DNA of 64,000 nucleotides, taken from NCBI RefSeq assembly GCF_001677475.2, contig NZ_CP015229.1, one strand, 5' to 3'. Under the pieces are notes generated by a model that was not told the origin of the DNA, did not search any database, and saw only the letters and a program-made list of their open reading frames with translations. The DNA is from Escherichia coli. GTDB lineage: Bacteria > Pseudomonadota > Gammaproteobacteria > Enterobacterales > Enterobacteriaceae. Of the stretch, positions 25,065 to 35,374 are shown one piece after another (position 1 is the first letter of the stretch; each line of letters opens with the position of its first letter). The position numbers and the translations under genes are program-made.

Positions 25065-26450
25065 ATGGCAGATAACAAACCAGAGCTACAGCGTGGGCTG
25101 GAAGCTCGACATATCGAACTCATCGCCCTGGGGGGCACCATTGGCGTCGGCCTGTTTATGGGGGCCGCCAGTACCCTGAAATGGGCCGGGCCATCCGTAT
25201 TGTTGGCCTATATCATCGCCGGGCTGTTCGTCTTTTTCATCATGCGTTCAATGGGTGAAATGTTGTTCCTCGAACCGGTTACCGGTTCGTTCGCCGTTTA
25301 TGCGCATCGTTATATGAGCCCGTTCTTTGGCTATCTCACCGCCTGGTCTTACTGGTTTATGTGGATGGCGGTGGGGATCTCTGAAATCACCGCCATTGGC
25401 GTTTATGTCCAGTTCTGGTTCCCGGAGATGGCGCAGTGGATACCTGCATTGATCGCGGTGGCGCTGGTGGCGTTGGCGAATCTGGCGGCGGTGCGGTTGT
25501 ACGGCGAAATCGAGTTCTGGTTCGCGATGATCAAAGTCACCACGATTATCGTGATGATTGTCATTGGCCTGGGCGTGATTTTCTTTGGCTTTGGCAATGG
25601 CGGGCAGTCGATTGGTTTTAGCAATCTCACAGAGCATGGCGGTTTTTTTGCGGGTGGCTGGAAAGGGTTCCTGACCGCATTGTGTATTGTGGTAGCGTCC
25701 TACCAGGGTGTGGAGCTGATTGGCATCACCGCTGGTGAAGCGAAGAATCCGCAGGTGACGCTGCGCAGTGCCGTAGGCAAGGTGCTGTGGCGGATCCTGA
25801 TTTTCTACGTAGGCGCGATTTTCGTTATCGTCACCATCTTCCCGTGGAATGAAATAGGCAGCAACGGCAGCCCGTTCGTACTGACTTTTGCCAAAATCGG
25901 TATTACCGCAGCGGCGGGCATTATCAACTTTGTGGTGCTGACGGCTGCGCTCTCTGGCTGTAACAGCGGCATGTACAGTTGCGGACGTATGCTCTACGCA
26001 CTGGCGAAAAACCGTCAGTTACCGGCGGCGATGGCGAAAGTTTCCCGTCACGGCGTACCAGTTGCGGGTGTGGCAGTATCTATTGCTATTCTGCTAATTG
26101 GCTCATGCCTGAACTACATCATTCCCAATCCGCAGCGTGTGTTTGTCTACGTCTACAGTGCCAGCGTGCTTCCGGGGATGGTGCCATGGTTTGTGATATT
26201 GATAAGCCAGCTGCGTTTTCGGCGAGCACATAAAGCGGCGATTGCCAGCCATCCGTTCCGCTCAATCCTGTTCCCGTGGGCCAACTACGTAACAATGGCA
26301 TTCCTGATTTGCGTTTTGATCGGCATGTACTTTAATGAAGATACGCGTATGTCGCTGTTTGTCGGCATCATCTTTATGCTGGCGGTGACGGCGATTTATA
26401 AAGTTTTTGGCCTTAATCGCCACGGTAAAGTGCATGAACTGGAGGAATAA
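25065..26450 (+). CDS. yifK: APC-family amino acid permease
   Basis: 461-aa 12-TM amino acid permease translation [31 protein letters not shown]... Confidence 0.93.
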   Translation: MADNKPELQRGLEARHIELIALGGTIGVGLFMGAASTLKWAGPSVLLAYIIAGLFVFFIMRSMGEMLFLEPVTGSFAVYAHRYMSPFFGYLTAWSYWFMWMAVGISEITAIGVYVQFWFPEMAQWIPALIAVALVALANLAAVRLYGEIEFWFAMIKVTTIIVMIVIGLGVIFFGFGNGGQSIGFSNLTEHGGFFAGGWKGFLTALCIVVASYQGVELIGITAGEAKNPQVTLRSAVGKVLWRILIFYVGAIFVIVTIFPWNEIGSNGSPFVLTFAKIGITAAAGIINFVVLTAALSGCNSGMYSCGRMLYALAKNRQLPAAMAKVSRHGVPVAGVAVSIAILLIGSCLNYIIPNPQRVFVYVYSASVLPGMVPWFVILISQLRFRRAHKAAIASHPFRSILFPWANYVTMAFLICVLIGMYFNEDTRMSLFVGIIFMLAVTAIYKVFGLNRHGKVHELEE

Positions 26451-26502
26451 TCAGCAAAACGCACAAACCGTAACCAAACGCGCAATTTATTTAAAAAGGG
26501 AC

Positions 26503-26531
26503 TAGACAGAGGGGGGGGAAGTCCGTATTAT
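26503..26531 (+). promoter_or_regulatory. Candidate tRNA operon promoter (-35 tagaca, 17-nt spacer containing a G8 run, -10 tattat, GC-rich discriminator)
   Basis: Hexamers and spacing read directly; GC-rich discriminator ccacccccg is typical of stable-RNA promoters. Confidence 0.5.
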
Positions 26532-26552
26532 CCACCCCCGCAACGGCGCTAA

Positions 26553-26629
<77 letters not shown>

Positions 26630-26686
26630 TTTAGTCCCGGCGCTTGAGCTGCGGTGGTAGTAATGCCGCGTAACAAGATTTGTAGT

Positions 26687-26763
26687 GGTGGCTATAGCTC
26701 AGTTGGTAGAGCCCTGGATTGTGATTCCAGTTGTCGTGGGTTCGAATCCCATTAGCCACCCCA
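26687..26763 (+). tRNA. hisR: tRNA-His (anticodon GTG)
   Basis: ggtggctatagctcagttggtagagccctggattgtgattccag...ccacccca with the extra 5' G typical of tRNA-His. Confidence 0.95.
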
Positions 26764-26783
26764 TTATTAGAAGTTGTGACAAT

Positions 26784-26870
26784 GCGAAGGTGGCGGAATT
26801 GGTAGACGCGCTAGCTTCAGGTGTTAGTGTCCTTACGGACGTGGGGGTTCAAGTCCCCCCCCTCGCACCA
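26784..26870 (+). tRNA. leuT: tRNA-Leu (anticodon CAG), class II with long variable arm
   Basis: 87-nt sequence gcgaaggtggcggaattggtagacgcgctagcttcaggtgttagtgtccttacggacgtgggggttcaagtcccccccctcgcacca. Confidence 0.95.
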
Positions 26871-26912
26871 CGACTTTAAAGAATTGAACTAAAAATTCAA
26901 AAAGCAGTATTT

Positions 26913-26989
26913 CGGCGAGTAGCGCAGCTTGGTAGCGCAACTGGTTTGGGACCAGTGGGTCGGAGGTTCGAATCCTCTCTCGCCGACCA
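26913..26989 (+). tRNA. proM: tRNA-Pro (anticodon TGG)
   Basis: cggcgagtagcgcagcttggtagcgcaactggtttgggaccagtgggtcggaggttcgaatcctctctcgccgacca. Confidence 0.95.
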
Positions 26990-26995
26990 ATTTTG

Positions 26996-27020
26996 AACCC
27001 CGCTTCGGCGGGGTTTTTTG
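26996..27020 (+). terminator. Intrinsic terminator of the tRNA operon
   Basis: ccccgcttcggcgggg hairpin followed by tttttgtttt. Confidence 0.7.
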
Positions 27021-27135
27021 TTTTCTGTGCATTTCGTCACTCTCCCTTCGCAATAAACGCCCGTAATAACTCATTGCCCCACGGTATGATTTCGCCCCTA
27101 ACGTATTGAAGGATGACTTCAGGCAAGGAGCGACC

Positions 27136-28371
27136 ATGCTGCAACAGGTTCCAACGCGTGCTTTTCATGTGATGGCAAAACCGAGCGGTTCCGATTGTAA
27201 TCTGAACTGTGACTACTGTTTTTATCTCGAAAAACAATCCATTTACCGCGAAAAGCCAGTCATGCATATGGACGATGACACGCTGGAAGCGTATGTCCGT
27301 CACTATATCGCTGCCAGCGAAACCCAAAACGAAGTGGCTTTTACCTGGCAGGGTGGCGAACCAACGTTACTCGGGCTGGATTTTTACCGCCGTGCCTTGG
27401 TACTACAGGCGAAATATGGTGCTGGCAGGAAGATAAGTAACAGCTTCCAGACTAACGGCGTTCTGCTTGATGACGAATGGTGTGCATTTCTGGCAGAAAA
27501 TCATTTTCTTGTTGGGTTATCGCTGGATGGTCCGGCTGAGATCCACAATCAATATCGCGTGACCAAAGGCGGCAGACCAACGCATAAGCTGGTGATGCGT
27601 GCCCTGACGCTCCTGCAAAAACATCATGTCGACTATAACGTGCTGGTCTGCGTAAATCGCACCAGCGCGCAGCAACCGTTGCAGGTTTATGATTTTTTGT
27701 GCGATGCGGGAGTCGAATTCATCCAGTTTATTCCGGTGGTCGAGCGCCTGGCTGATGAAACAGCTGCCCGCGATGGACTGAAACTACATGCGCCTGGTGA
27801 TATTCAGGGGGAACTGACGGAATGGTCGGTGCGCCCCGATGAATTTGGTGAATTTCTGGTAGCGATTTTCGACCACTGGATCAAACGCGACGTCGGCAAG
27901 ATTTTCGTGATGAATATCGAATGGGCGTTTGCCAATTTTGTCGGTGCGCCGGGTGCGGTTTGCCATCATCAGCCAACCTGTGGGCGCTCGGTGATTGTTG
28001 AGCACAACGGCGACGTTTACGCCTGCGATCACTATGTTTATCCGCAATATCGACTGGGGAATATGCATCGGCAAACAATTGCAGAAATGATCGATTCCCC
28101 GCAACAGCAGGTGTTTGGTGAAGATAAATTTAAGCAATTACCGGCGCAGTGTCGCAGTTGTAACGTGTTAAAAGCGTGCTGGGGAGGTTGCCCGAAACAC
28201 CGCTTCATGCTCGATGCCAGCGGCAAACCGGGACTGAATTATTTGTGTGCCGGGTATCAGCGTTATTTCCGCCATCTACCGCCATATCTTAAAGCAATGG
28301 CTGATTTGCTGGCGCACGGTCGCCCGGCCAGCGACATTATGCAGGTACATTTGCTGGTGGTGAGTAAGTAG
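27136..28371 (+). CDS. aslB: Anaerobic sulfatase-maturating enzyme (radical SAM)
   Basis: Translation from ATG 27136 MLQQVPTRAFHVMAKPSGSDCNLNCDYCFYLEK..., CxxxCxxC radical-SAM motif. Confidence 0.93.
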   Translation: MLQQVPTRAFHVMAKPSGSDCNLNCDYCFYLEKQSIYREKPVMHMDDDTLEAYVRHYIAASETQNEVAFTWQGGEPTLLGLDFYRRALVLQAKYGAGRKISNSFQTNGVLLDDEWCAFLAENHFLVGLSLDGPAEIHNQYRVTKGGRPTHKLVMRALTLLQKHHVDYNVLVCVNRTSAQQPLQVYDFLCDAGVEFIQFIPVVERLADETAARDGLKLHAPGDIQGELTEWSVRPDEFGEFLVAIFDHWIKRDVGKIFVMNIEWAFANFVGAPGAVCHHQPTCGRSVIVEHNGDVYACDHYVYPQYRLGNMHRQTIAEMIDSPQQQVFGEDKFKQLPAQCRSCNVLKACWGGCPKHRFMLDASGKPGLNYLCAGYQRYFRHLPPYLKAMADLLAHGRPASDIMQVHLLVVSK

Positions 28372-28397
28372 AAATCGGCGGCCGCCTGCGGTTGATT

Positions 28398-28434
28398 GCC
28401 GGATGCGATGCTGACCGCATCTTATCCGGCCTAC
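28398..28434. repeat. REP element (first of a convergent pair)
   Basis: gccggatgcgatgctgaccgcatcttatccggcctac matches the enterobacterial REP palindromic consensus. Confidence 0.7.
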
Positions 28435-28467
28435 AGAACGTTACAATTTATTGAATTTGCAAGGCTT

Positions 28468-28501
28468 GTAGGCCGGATAAGGCGTTCACGCCGCATCCGG
28501 C
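28468..28501. repeat. REP element (inverted copy)
   Basis: gtaggccggataaggcgttcacgccgcatccggc. Confidence 0.7.
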
Positions 28502-28537
28502 AAGGTCAGTGTGGCCCGATGTAGCGATATCGCCGGC

Positions 28538-30193
28538 TTAATCAGATTTAATCTGCGCGCGTGGTGGATATTTTTTCAGGATCTCCATATATGCGTGCAT
28601 TTCGGTCTGTAGCGGTACACCCATCGGAATATGGCGCACGCCGATAGAGTCTCTTTCCTGCGGATCGGTGTACAGGTTAAACACCGACGATCCCGCCGTT
28701 TGCATTACTGTGCCGGTGAACCCACCCTGATACCCGCTCTGGGTATAAGCGTAAGGTTGCTGAATCAGGACGTGATACTTGAACTCATCCATACGCACAG
28801 CAGCGAGTTTACCGTTGAGGAAGTAGTGCTCGGCCTTACGGTTAGACTGACCATTTGTTCCCAGGAAGAAAGAAGCCTGGTCCACACCATCGATAAATGT
28901 GGTTTTCGGCACTAAATTCGCCACTTTCGCTCCAGGATGCCCTGCCAGATCCAGCGCGGTAGGGAAGAGATCTGCCAGATCGACAATACCGTCAGATTTA
29001 CGCGGTTGGATCATGCCTTTCCAGTAAACGAAGGTTGGCACACGAACGCCGCCTTCCCATGTAGAACCTTTCGCACCGCGGAACGGGGTGCGACCGTGCG
29101 GCGGAACTTCGGCTTCCGGACCGTTATCAGAGGTGAACACAATCAGCGTGTTATCAAGCTGACCGTTTTTCTCCAGTGCTTTATACAGATTGGCGAAGAT
29201 TTCGTTCATCTCCACCATGCAGTCGCCGTAAGAGGTGCGCGCCGGAGAGCTACCCGCATATTTCGCATTTGGGTAGTTATCGAAGTGACAGCCGCGAGTG
29301 CCGTAGTAGAGGAAGAAAGGCTTATCGCTCTTCGCCATCTTGTCGAGGAACTTAACGCCATATTCCATCCAGCGTTGATCCAGGTCTTCCATATATTTCG
29401 GCGTAATGTCGGCAATGGCCTCCTGTTCACCGCCGCGCACGGCATGAACGTCATCTTTGCTGAATGGCAGTTTTTGGATGTATTCAGAACGATCCGGGCT
29501 CAGGGCGACTTCCGGGTTGACATGAACATCACGCCATTCGGTATACATATCGGACACCGAGTTAAAGCCGCGGAAATCATCAAAGCCAACGTTCTGCGGC
29601 TGCGACTCTTTGTTTTCCCCCATATGCCATTTCCCGATGGCCTGGGTGACGTAACCCTGATCGTGCAGCAGTTGCGGCAGCGTGGTTAACCCTTGCAGCC
29701 CGCCCGGTTGCCCGTACATTGGCGGCATCAGAATGCCGTGGTGGATGGAGTATTGTCCGGTGAGAATGGTGGCGCGGGTTGGGGAAGAGCTTGGTTGAGA
29801 ATACGCCGAAGTTAAAATCAGCCCCTGGCTGGCAACGGCGTCGATATCTGGTGTAGGGTTACCCACTGCCACGCCGCCGCCGTTAAAGCCGACGTCCATC
29901 CAGCCCACATCATCCAGCAGGAAGATAACCACATTGGGCTTCTTACCGGTTTTTTTCTCAAGTTCTGCCAGCTTGTGCTGGGTTTCTTTATCCTGCGCCG
30001 GATGCTGCATTACTGGCATCATGTTGTCGGCAATAGTGGTCGCCGGTTTAACCAGATACTGGTTTGGGTGATCGTATCCGGAAAAGCCTTTGCGTGCGGT
30101 GGCAGTTGACGGGGTATCTGCTGCGCTGGCCATGAGAGGAAGAGCGGCGGCGACAGCAACAACAAGAAGTTTGGGTGAAAACGAAAATTCCAT
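28538..30193 (-). CDS. aslA: Arylsulfatase-family periplasmic sulfatase
   Basis: 551-aa translation with signal peptide [24 protein letters not shown] and sulfatase core. Confidence 0.93.
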   Translation of the reverse strand: MEFSFSPKLLVVAVAAALPLMASAADTPSTATARKGFSGYDHPNQYLVKPATTIADNMMPVMQHPAQDKETQHKLAELEKKTGKKPNVVIFLLDDVGWMDVGFNGGGVAVGNPTPDIDAVASQGLILTSAYSQPSSSPTRATILTGQYSIHHGILMPPMYGQPGGLQGLTTLPQLLHDQGYVTQAIGKWHMGENKESQPQNVGFDDFRGFNSVSDMYTEWRDVHVNPEVALSPDRSEYIQKLPFSKDDVHAVRGGEQEAIADITPKYMEDLDQRWMEYGVKFLDKMAKSDKPFFLYYGTRGCHFDNYPNAKYAGSSPARTSYGDCMVEMNEIFANLYKALEKNGQLDNTLIVFTSDNGPEAEVPPHGRTPFRGAKGSTWEGGVRVPTFVYWKGMIQPRKSDGIVDLADLFPTALDLAGHPGAKVANLVPKTTFIDGVDQASFFLGTNGQSNRKAEHYFLNGKLAAVRMDEFKYHVLIQQPYAYTQSGYQGGFTGTVMQTAGSSVFNLYTDPQERDSIGVRHIPMGVPLQTEMHAYMEILKKYPPRAQIKSD

Positions 30194-30607
30194 GCAAAAT
30201 GCTCCGGTTTCATGTCATCAAAATGATGACGTAATTAAGCATTGATAATTGAGATCCCTCTCCCTGACAGGATGATTACATAAATAATAGTGACAAAAAT
30301 AAATTATTTATTTATCCAGAAAATGCATTGGAAAATCAGGAGAGCGTTTTCAATCCTACCTCTGGCGCAGTTGATATGTAAGGCAGGTTTATTATATCGC
30401 GTTGATTATTGATGCTGTTTTTAGTTTTAACGGCAATTAATATATGTGTTATTAATTGAATAAATTTTATCATTCATAATAAGTATGTGTAGAATCAAGC
30501 TCAGGGTAAATATTCACTCAGGAAGTTATTACTCAGGAAGCAAAGAGGATTACAGAATTATCTCATAACAAGTGTTAAGGGATGTTATTTCCCGATTCTC
30601 TGTGGCA

Positions 30608-30824
30608 TAATAAACGAGTAGATGCTCATTCCATCTCTTATGTTCGCCTTAGTGCCTCATAAACTCCGGAATGACGCAGAGCCGTTTACGGTGCTTATCG
30701 TCCACTGACAGATGTCGCTTATGCCTCATCAGACACCATGGACACAACGTTGAGTGAAGCACCCACTTGTTGTCATACAGACCTGTTTTAACGCCTGCTC
30801 CGTAATAAGAGCAGGCGTTTTTTT
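30608..30824 (+). ncRNA. glmZ: GlmZ small regulatory RNA (GlmY/GlmZ cascade controlling glmS)
   Basis: Recognised sequence gtagatgctcattccatctcttatgttcgccttagtgcctcataaactccggaatgacgcagagcc... ending in terminator gcctgctccgtaataagagcaggcgttttttt; located between aslA and hemY; ends approximate. Confidence 0.85.
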
Positions 30825-30871
30825 ATGTATCAGAAAGGTCCCGGAGGTGCTTGCCTCCGGGTGAGAAAGAA

Positions 30872-32068
30872 CTACTGTGGCGGGTTGTTCTGCAACGTTA
30901 ACATCAAACCGTCGCGGCGCATCGCTGCAGCTTCTTCTGGTTTGTGCAGTCTGTCCAGCGCGTCGGCAAGCCATGCGTAATCGTAGGCGTCCGGACGTTG
31001 TTTCAGCGCTGCGCGGAAGGCGAGCGATGCTTCCTGCCATTCTCCGTGCTTCATCAGCGACTGACCCAGTGTGCTCCACAACAGCGGGCGATCGCCGACG
31101 TTTTTGATCTGTTGGCGCAGCACTTTTTCCAGCTGTTCCGGGTTATTGGTTTTCAGACGCGGGATCGGCAGCAGTAGGCGATCGTCATACTGGCGTTTCA
31201 GGCCGTCGATGATAATTTGCTGGGCAGTATCATGATCGTCACATTCAATAAGATGTTCCGCCATTGCCACCTGCAACGCTACCTGATGACGCGTTTTCCG
31301 GCTTTGGTTTTTCCACCAGTTACGCAAACCTTCGCTACCGTTATCGGCACGAGCCTGATCCATCAGGCCAATCCATGCCTGTTGTTCCAGCATTGCACGA
31401 TGTTCTTCATCACCAACATGGGCTTTCGCCATTGATGGGATGATATCCAGCAGCGAACTCCATGCCCCTGTGCGGATATACGCCTGTTCCGCCAGACGTA
31501 ATACTTCCGGATGGCGTGGCGTAACTTCCAGCAGCTTATCCACGCCGTGGCGTGCAGCGTGGTTTTCATTACGGGCCAGTTGCAGACGTACACGGGTGAT
31601 TTCTACCGGAATGGTGTCATTACCGGCCAGCTCCGCTGCGCGTTCCAGATGTTGGTTGGCGCGTGCTTCATCACCACGTTGTTGCGCGGCTTCGGCAGCC
31701 AGTAGATAGTTCACCACCGGTTGTTCAGCGTGATCGGCATTTTTCGCCATCAGCTTTTCAACTTGCTGATAATCGCCTTCCGCCAGTTTCAGCAGCGCCT
31801 GTTCGGTCTGCTTACGGGCACGGCGACGCTTACGTCCGACAAACCACCCACGGGTGTGCGCGCCAGTGCGGAAGATCCGCCGCAGTAGCCACTCAATGGC
31901 AAACAGCACTACCATCGCCAGAATCAAAATAATCGCCAGGCCCGTGACGCTGGTTTCGATATTGTAGTTGTCGGTCTGGATCAGCACATAACCCTGATGA
32001 CCGGCAATCATCGGGCCAACCACGATCCCCGCAATCAGCAACACAAAGAGCAATAACACTTTTAGCAT
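30872..32068 (-). CDS. hemY: Heme biosynthesis-associated TPR membrane protein HemY
   Basis: 398-aa translation MLKVLLLFVLLIAGIVVGPMIAGHQGYVLIQTDNYNIETS... Confidence 0.93.
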   Translation of the reverse strand: MLKVLLLFVLLIAGIVVGPMIAGHQGYVLIQTDNYNIETSVTGLAIILILAMVVLFAIEWLLRRIFRTGAHTRGWFVGRKRRRARKQTEQALLKLAEGDYQQVEKLMAKNADHAEQPVVNYLLAAEAAQQRGDEARANQHLERAAELAGNDTIPVEITRVRLQLARNENHAARHGVDKLLEVTPRHPEVLRLAEQAYIRTGAWSSLLDIIPSMAKAHVGDEEHRAMLEQQAWIGLMDQARADNGSEGLRNWWKNQSRKTRHQVALQVAMAEHLIECDDHDTAQQIIIDGLKRQYDDRLLLPIPRLKTNNPEQLEKVLRQQIKNVGDRPLLWSTLGQSLMKHGEWQEASLAFRAALKQRPDAYDYAWLADALDRLHKPEEAAAMRRDGLMLTLQNNPPQ

Positions 32069-32070
32069 GG

Positions 32071-33288
32071 TTATTCTCCTTGCGGCGCGGCTGCCGGAGT
32101 ATCAGCTTGCGGTGCAGGTGCAGGTGCAGGTGCAGGTGCAGGTGCAGGTGCAGGTGCAGGTTTAGCTTCCGTTGTCCCCGCTGCCGGTTGTGCCAACAGG
32201 TTACGCACGCGAGTCTGCATCAGTTTTTCCAGCATCGCCTGGCTTTGCAGGGTTTCCGGAAGATCCATCGAGATATTTTGCTGGCTTAACTGGTCCACCT
32301 CGTCGAGGAATGCTTTGGTGGTGGCATCATCAGTATCGTAGTAAGCACGTACCCAGGTGGAGACGTTCTCCAGCGCCTGGCGATAAGTCTCTTCCTGATG
32401 ACGCGGTACAGCTTGTGCAGCGACCAGCAGGCGAGAGCGAATATTTTCGCGCAGATAGATATCCTGATTTGGCGCTAACAGCGGTACGGCGGTGTCATCA
32501 CGACGGCGAATCGTAATGAAGTTGTCCATAAAGTTCTGCCAGCTTTTTTGCAGATTGATACGCCATTCGCTGATGGAACTGGAAAGCTCTTCACCGTCGG
32601 AATCCATCGGCGAACCATCGCTGTCATTATCGGCCAGACGCAGGTTATCTACCTGATTTGAAAGCTGATTAAGCTTAAGGATGATGCCGTCATAATCCAC
32701 CTGCGATACTGCAGAAAGGCTGGCGATATCATCGGTAATTGCCCGACGAACGGTAATCAGACTCGGGTCATTCATATCCGCCAGGCTGGCATCTGCACTT
32801 TTCAGCAACGCTGCAGCGGTCGTGACGTCTTGATCGCTCCACAGCTTCCGTCCTGCGAGTTTCACCAGAAAATCGGCCTGAGCCAGCAGCCAGGTTTTAG
32901 CATCGCTGCCGGAAATGGTGGCGACCTTTTGTTGGACTTCATCCAACTGTTTTGCCAGCGTTTCTTGCTGACGATTCGCCTGCTTAAGCTGTGCAGCTTG
33001 TTGCTTAATAATGCCTTCCAGCTCGGCTTTTTGGCTCTCCTGGGCTTTTTGCAATGCCGTCAGTTGGTTAGCCAGGGCATCGCTGGTGGCGGTCTGATTG
33101 ACGGCCTGTTGTTTACCCCAGCCATACAAACCGACGCCCGCCGCCAGAGCAATCGCGATAGCCACCGCGCTGAGAATCAATGCGGTATTGTTCTTACTCT
33201 TTTTTTCTGTTGCGACAGGTTGTGACGTGGTGTCCACGGCCTCCCTGGTCTCTTCAACCACGGCGGAGGTTTTTTCTTGTTCCGTCAT
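32071..33288 (-). CDS. hemX: HemX (uroporphyrinogen-III C-methyltransferase homolog / membrane protein)
   Basis: 405-aa translation; C-terminal (PA)n tract encoded by the hexanucleotide repeat at 32111..32160. Confidence 0.9.
   Translation of the reverse strand: MTEQEKTSAVVEETREAVDTTSQPVATEKKSKNNTALILSAVAIAIALAAGVGLYGWGKQQAVNQTATSDALANQLTALQKAQESQKAELEGIIKQQAAQLKQANRQQETLAKQLDEVQQKVATISGSDAKTWLLAQADFLVKLAGRKLWSDQDVTTAAALLKSADASLADMNDPSLITVRRAITDDIASLSAVSQVDYDGIILKLNQLSNQVDNLRLADNDSDGSPMDSDGEELSSSISEWRINLQKSWQNFMDNFITIRRRDDTAVPLLAPNQDIYLRENIRSRLLVAAQAVPRHQEETYRQALENVSTWVRAYYDTDDATTKAFLDEVDQLSQQNISMDLPETLQSQAMLEKLMQTRVRNLLAQPAAGTTEAKPAPAPAPAPAPAPAPAPQADTPAAAPQGE
32111..32160. repeat. Tandem hexanucleotide repeat (GGTGCA)x8 inside hemX, encoding a Pro-Ala repeat
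   Basis: Read directly: ggtgcaggtgcaggtgcaggtgcaggtgcaggtgcaggtgcaggtgcagg. Confidence 0.95.
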
Positions 33289-33309
33289 TATGGCTTCCTG
33301 TTATGAGAG

Positions 33310-34050
33310 TTATTGTAATGCCCGTAAAAGCGCATCGTTGTCAGCGTTATCGGCGACCTTAATGTCTTGCCAGCCCAGTTCCCGGGCGAGTTTCGCCAAA
33401 CGCTCACTGACGACCAATAGTCGACAGTGTAGTAACCAGTGCTCACGATACCATTGTGGGATCAGCGACCAGAGTTGCTGCAACATTTCACCGCTGGTAA
33501 CAACGACCGTCGTCACCTCGCGGGATTGCCAGCGCATCGCTTCTTCTGCACCATCGTAATGGATTGCGCATCGTTGATAACATTCACAAAAAGTGACCTC
33601 AGCACCGCGCGCCGTCAGGGTATCCCCAATTAGCTCACGACCGCCATTGCCACGTAATATCAGCGCACGTTTGCCCGCAATATTTTGTAATTCAGGTAAT
33701 TGTAGCAAGACTTCGCTGATTTCCCGATCCTGCGGGTAGAGAATCTTCTGTCCGCTTACGGTATGTAGCGCCAGTGCGGTGGTGCGTCCAATGGCGAAAT
33801 AATCAGGTAGTCGGGGCCATTTACGATCTTGCTGATGCAGCTGTGATTGGGCAAAAGCAACCGCGTGTTGCGAGAGGGCAAACAACAGATCGCTCTCCCC
33901 CAGCGCTGCCAGTTGATCAGCAAGTTGCGGTAATTGTCGACCCGGAGAAAACTCAATCAGCGGAAAATGCCAGGCCACCTGCCCCAGTGTGCGCAGACGG
34001 CTCACTAACTCTTCTCCAGCGGGAGACGGGCGGGTGACCAGGATACTCAT
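33310..34050 (-). CDS. hemD: Uroporphyrinogen-III synthase
   Basis: 246-aa translation [34 protein letters not shown]... Confidence 0.93.
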   Translation of the reverse strand: MSILVTRPSPAGEELVSRLRTLGQVAWHFPLIEFSPGRQLPQLADQLAALGESDLLFALSQHAVAFAQSQLHQQDRKWPRLPDYFAIGRTTALALHTVSGQKILYPQDREISEVLLQLPELQNIAGKRALILRGNGGRELIGDTLTARGAEVTFCECYQRCAIHYDGAEEAMRWQSREVTTVVVTSGEMLQQLWSLIPQWYREHWLLHCRLLVVSERLAKLARELGWQDIKVADNADNDALLRALQ

Positions 34051-34988
34051 GCCGGGGCGTCTCCGTTATAGACTTCAGCAAGGATCTCGCGCGCGCCGTT
34101 ATTCAGTAGCTCTTCTGCCAGCGAAATCCCCATTTGTTCGGCATCTTGCGGCGCACCGCGGCGTTCACCGCGAATAATCTGCGAACCGTCCGGCGCGCCG
34201 ACCAGCGCACGCAGCCAGATTTCGCCATCAATAAGCTCGGCGTAGCTACCAATTGGCACCTGACATCCGCCTTCGAGACGGGTATTCATGGCGCGTTCTG
34301 CGGTAACGCGCAGTGCAGTTTCGTGGTGATTCAGCGCGGCAAGCAGCTCGCGAGTGCGTGTATCATCAAGGCGGCATTCAATGCCCACCGCACCTTGTCC
34401 TACCGCCGGAAGAGAAATCTCGGGTGGCAACGCGGCGCGAATACGTGACTCCAGACCTAAACGTTTTAGTCCGGCTACGGCAAGAATGATGGCATCGTAT
34501 TCGCCGTTATCCAGTTTGCTCAGGCGAGTGCCGACGTTGCCGCGCAGGGAGCGGATAATCAGATCCGGGCGGCGTTCAGCCAGTTGGCACTGGCGACGTA
34601 AACTGGACGTCCCGACGATACTGCCTGCCGGTAACGCATCCAGACTGTCATAGTTATTGGACACAAAGGCATCGCGAGGATCTTCACGCTCGCAAATAGT
34701 GACCAGCCCCAGACCTTGCGGGAATTCAACCGGCACATCTTTCATTGAATGTACGGCGATATCGGCGCGATTTTCGAGGAGCGCGATTTCCAGCTCTTTA
34801 ACAAATAAGCCTTTTCCGCCTACTTTCGCCAGCGGCGTATCAAGAATCACATCGCCGCGCGTCACCATCGGTACCAATTCAACGACCAGGCCCGGATGGC
34901 TCGCCATCAACTTGTCTTTGACATAGTGTGCCTGCCAGAGTGCAAGTGGGCTTTGGCGTGTGGCAATTCTTAAAACATTGTCTAACAT
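34047..34988 (-). CDS. hemC: Porphobilinogen deaminase (hydroxymethylbilane synthase)
   Basis: Translation [27 protein letters not shown]..., 313 aa from internal Met of track ORF; 4-nt overlap with hemD. Confidence 0.93.
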   Translation of the reverse strand: MLDNVLRIATRQSPLALWQAHYVKDKLMASHPGLVVELVPMVTRGDVILDTPLAKVGGKGLFVKELEIALLENRADIAVHSMKDVPVEFPQGLGLVTICEREDPRDAFVSNNYDSLDALPAGSIVGTSSLRRQCQLAERRPDLIIRSLRGNVGTRLSKLDNGEYDAIILAVAGLKRLGLESRIRAALPPEISLPAVGQGAVGIECRLDDTRTRELLAALNHHETALRVTAERAMNTRLEGGCQVPIGSYAELIDGEIWLRALVGAPDGSQIIRGERRGAPQDAEQMGISLAEELLNNGAREILAEVYNGDAPA

Positions 34989-35203
34989 GCTTGTTACCGT
35001 CATTATCATCCGTGGTCCATCCTAACATCCTTGCCAGAGCGATGTCAGTGTTGTGGTGAAACGTAGACGCCTGCGCAAACCGTAAAATGAGGTCTGGCAG
35101 TGGATCCTGACAGGCGTTTCACGCCGTCGTAATAAGGAATTTACAGAGAATAAACGGTGCTACACTTGTATGTAGCGCATCTTTCTTTACGGTCAATCAG
35201 CAA

Positions 35204-35225
35204 GGTGTTAAATTGATCACGTTTT
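35204..35225. promoter_or_regulatory. Candidate CRP-like binding site in the hemC/cyaA divergent control region
   Basis: ggtgttaaattgatcacgtttt shows imperfect TGTGA-N6-TCACA symmetry; cyaA is known to be under cAMP-CRP control. Confidence 0.35.
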
Positions 35226-35374
35226 AGACCATTTTTTCGTCGTGAAACTAAAAAAACCAGGCGCGAAAAGTGGTAACGGTTACCTTTGACATACGAAATA
35301 TCCCGAATGCCGCGTGTTACCGTTGATGTTGGCGGAATCACAGTCATGACGGGTAGCAAATCAGGCGATACGTC

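Noticed and set aside
26685-26879. 64-aa ORF on the plus strand
   Set aside because: Lies entirely across the hisR and leuT tRNA genes; artefact of ORF calling
26889-27137. 82-aa ORF on the minus strand
   Set aside because: Overlaps tRNA-Pro and its terminator; no RBS; artefact
28631-29689. Two plus-strand ORFs (94 and 250 aa)
   Set aside because: Antisense to the well-supported aslA sulfatase gene; typical shadow ORFs in GC-rich coding sequence
32111-32160. Possible CRISPR-like repeat
   Set aside because: Unit is only 6 nt, perfectly tandem with no spacers, and lies in-frame inside hemX; it is a coding microsatellite, not a CRISPR array
32080-32289. 69-aa ORF encoding a (CR)n repeat
   Set aside because: Antisense reading of the hemX hexanucleotide repeat; low-complexity artefact
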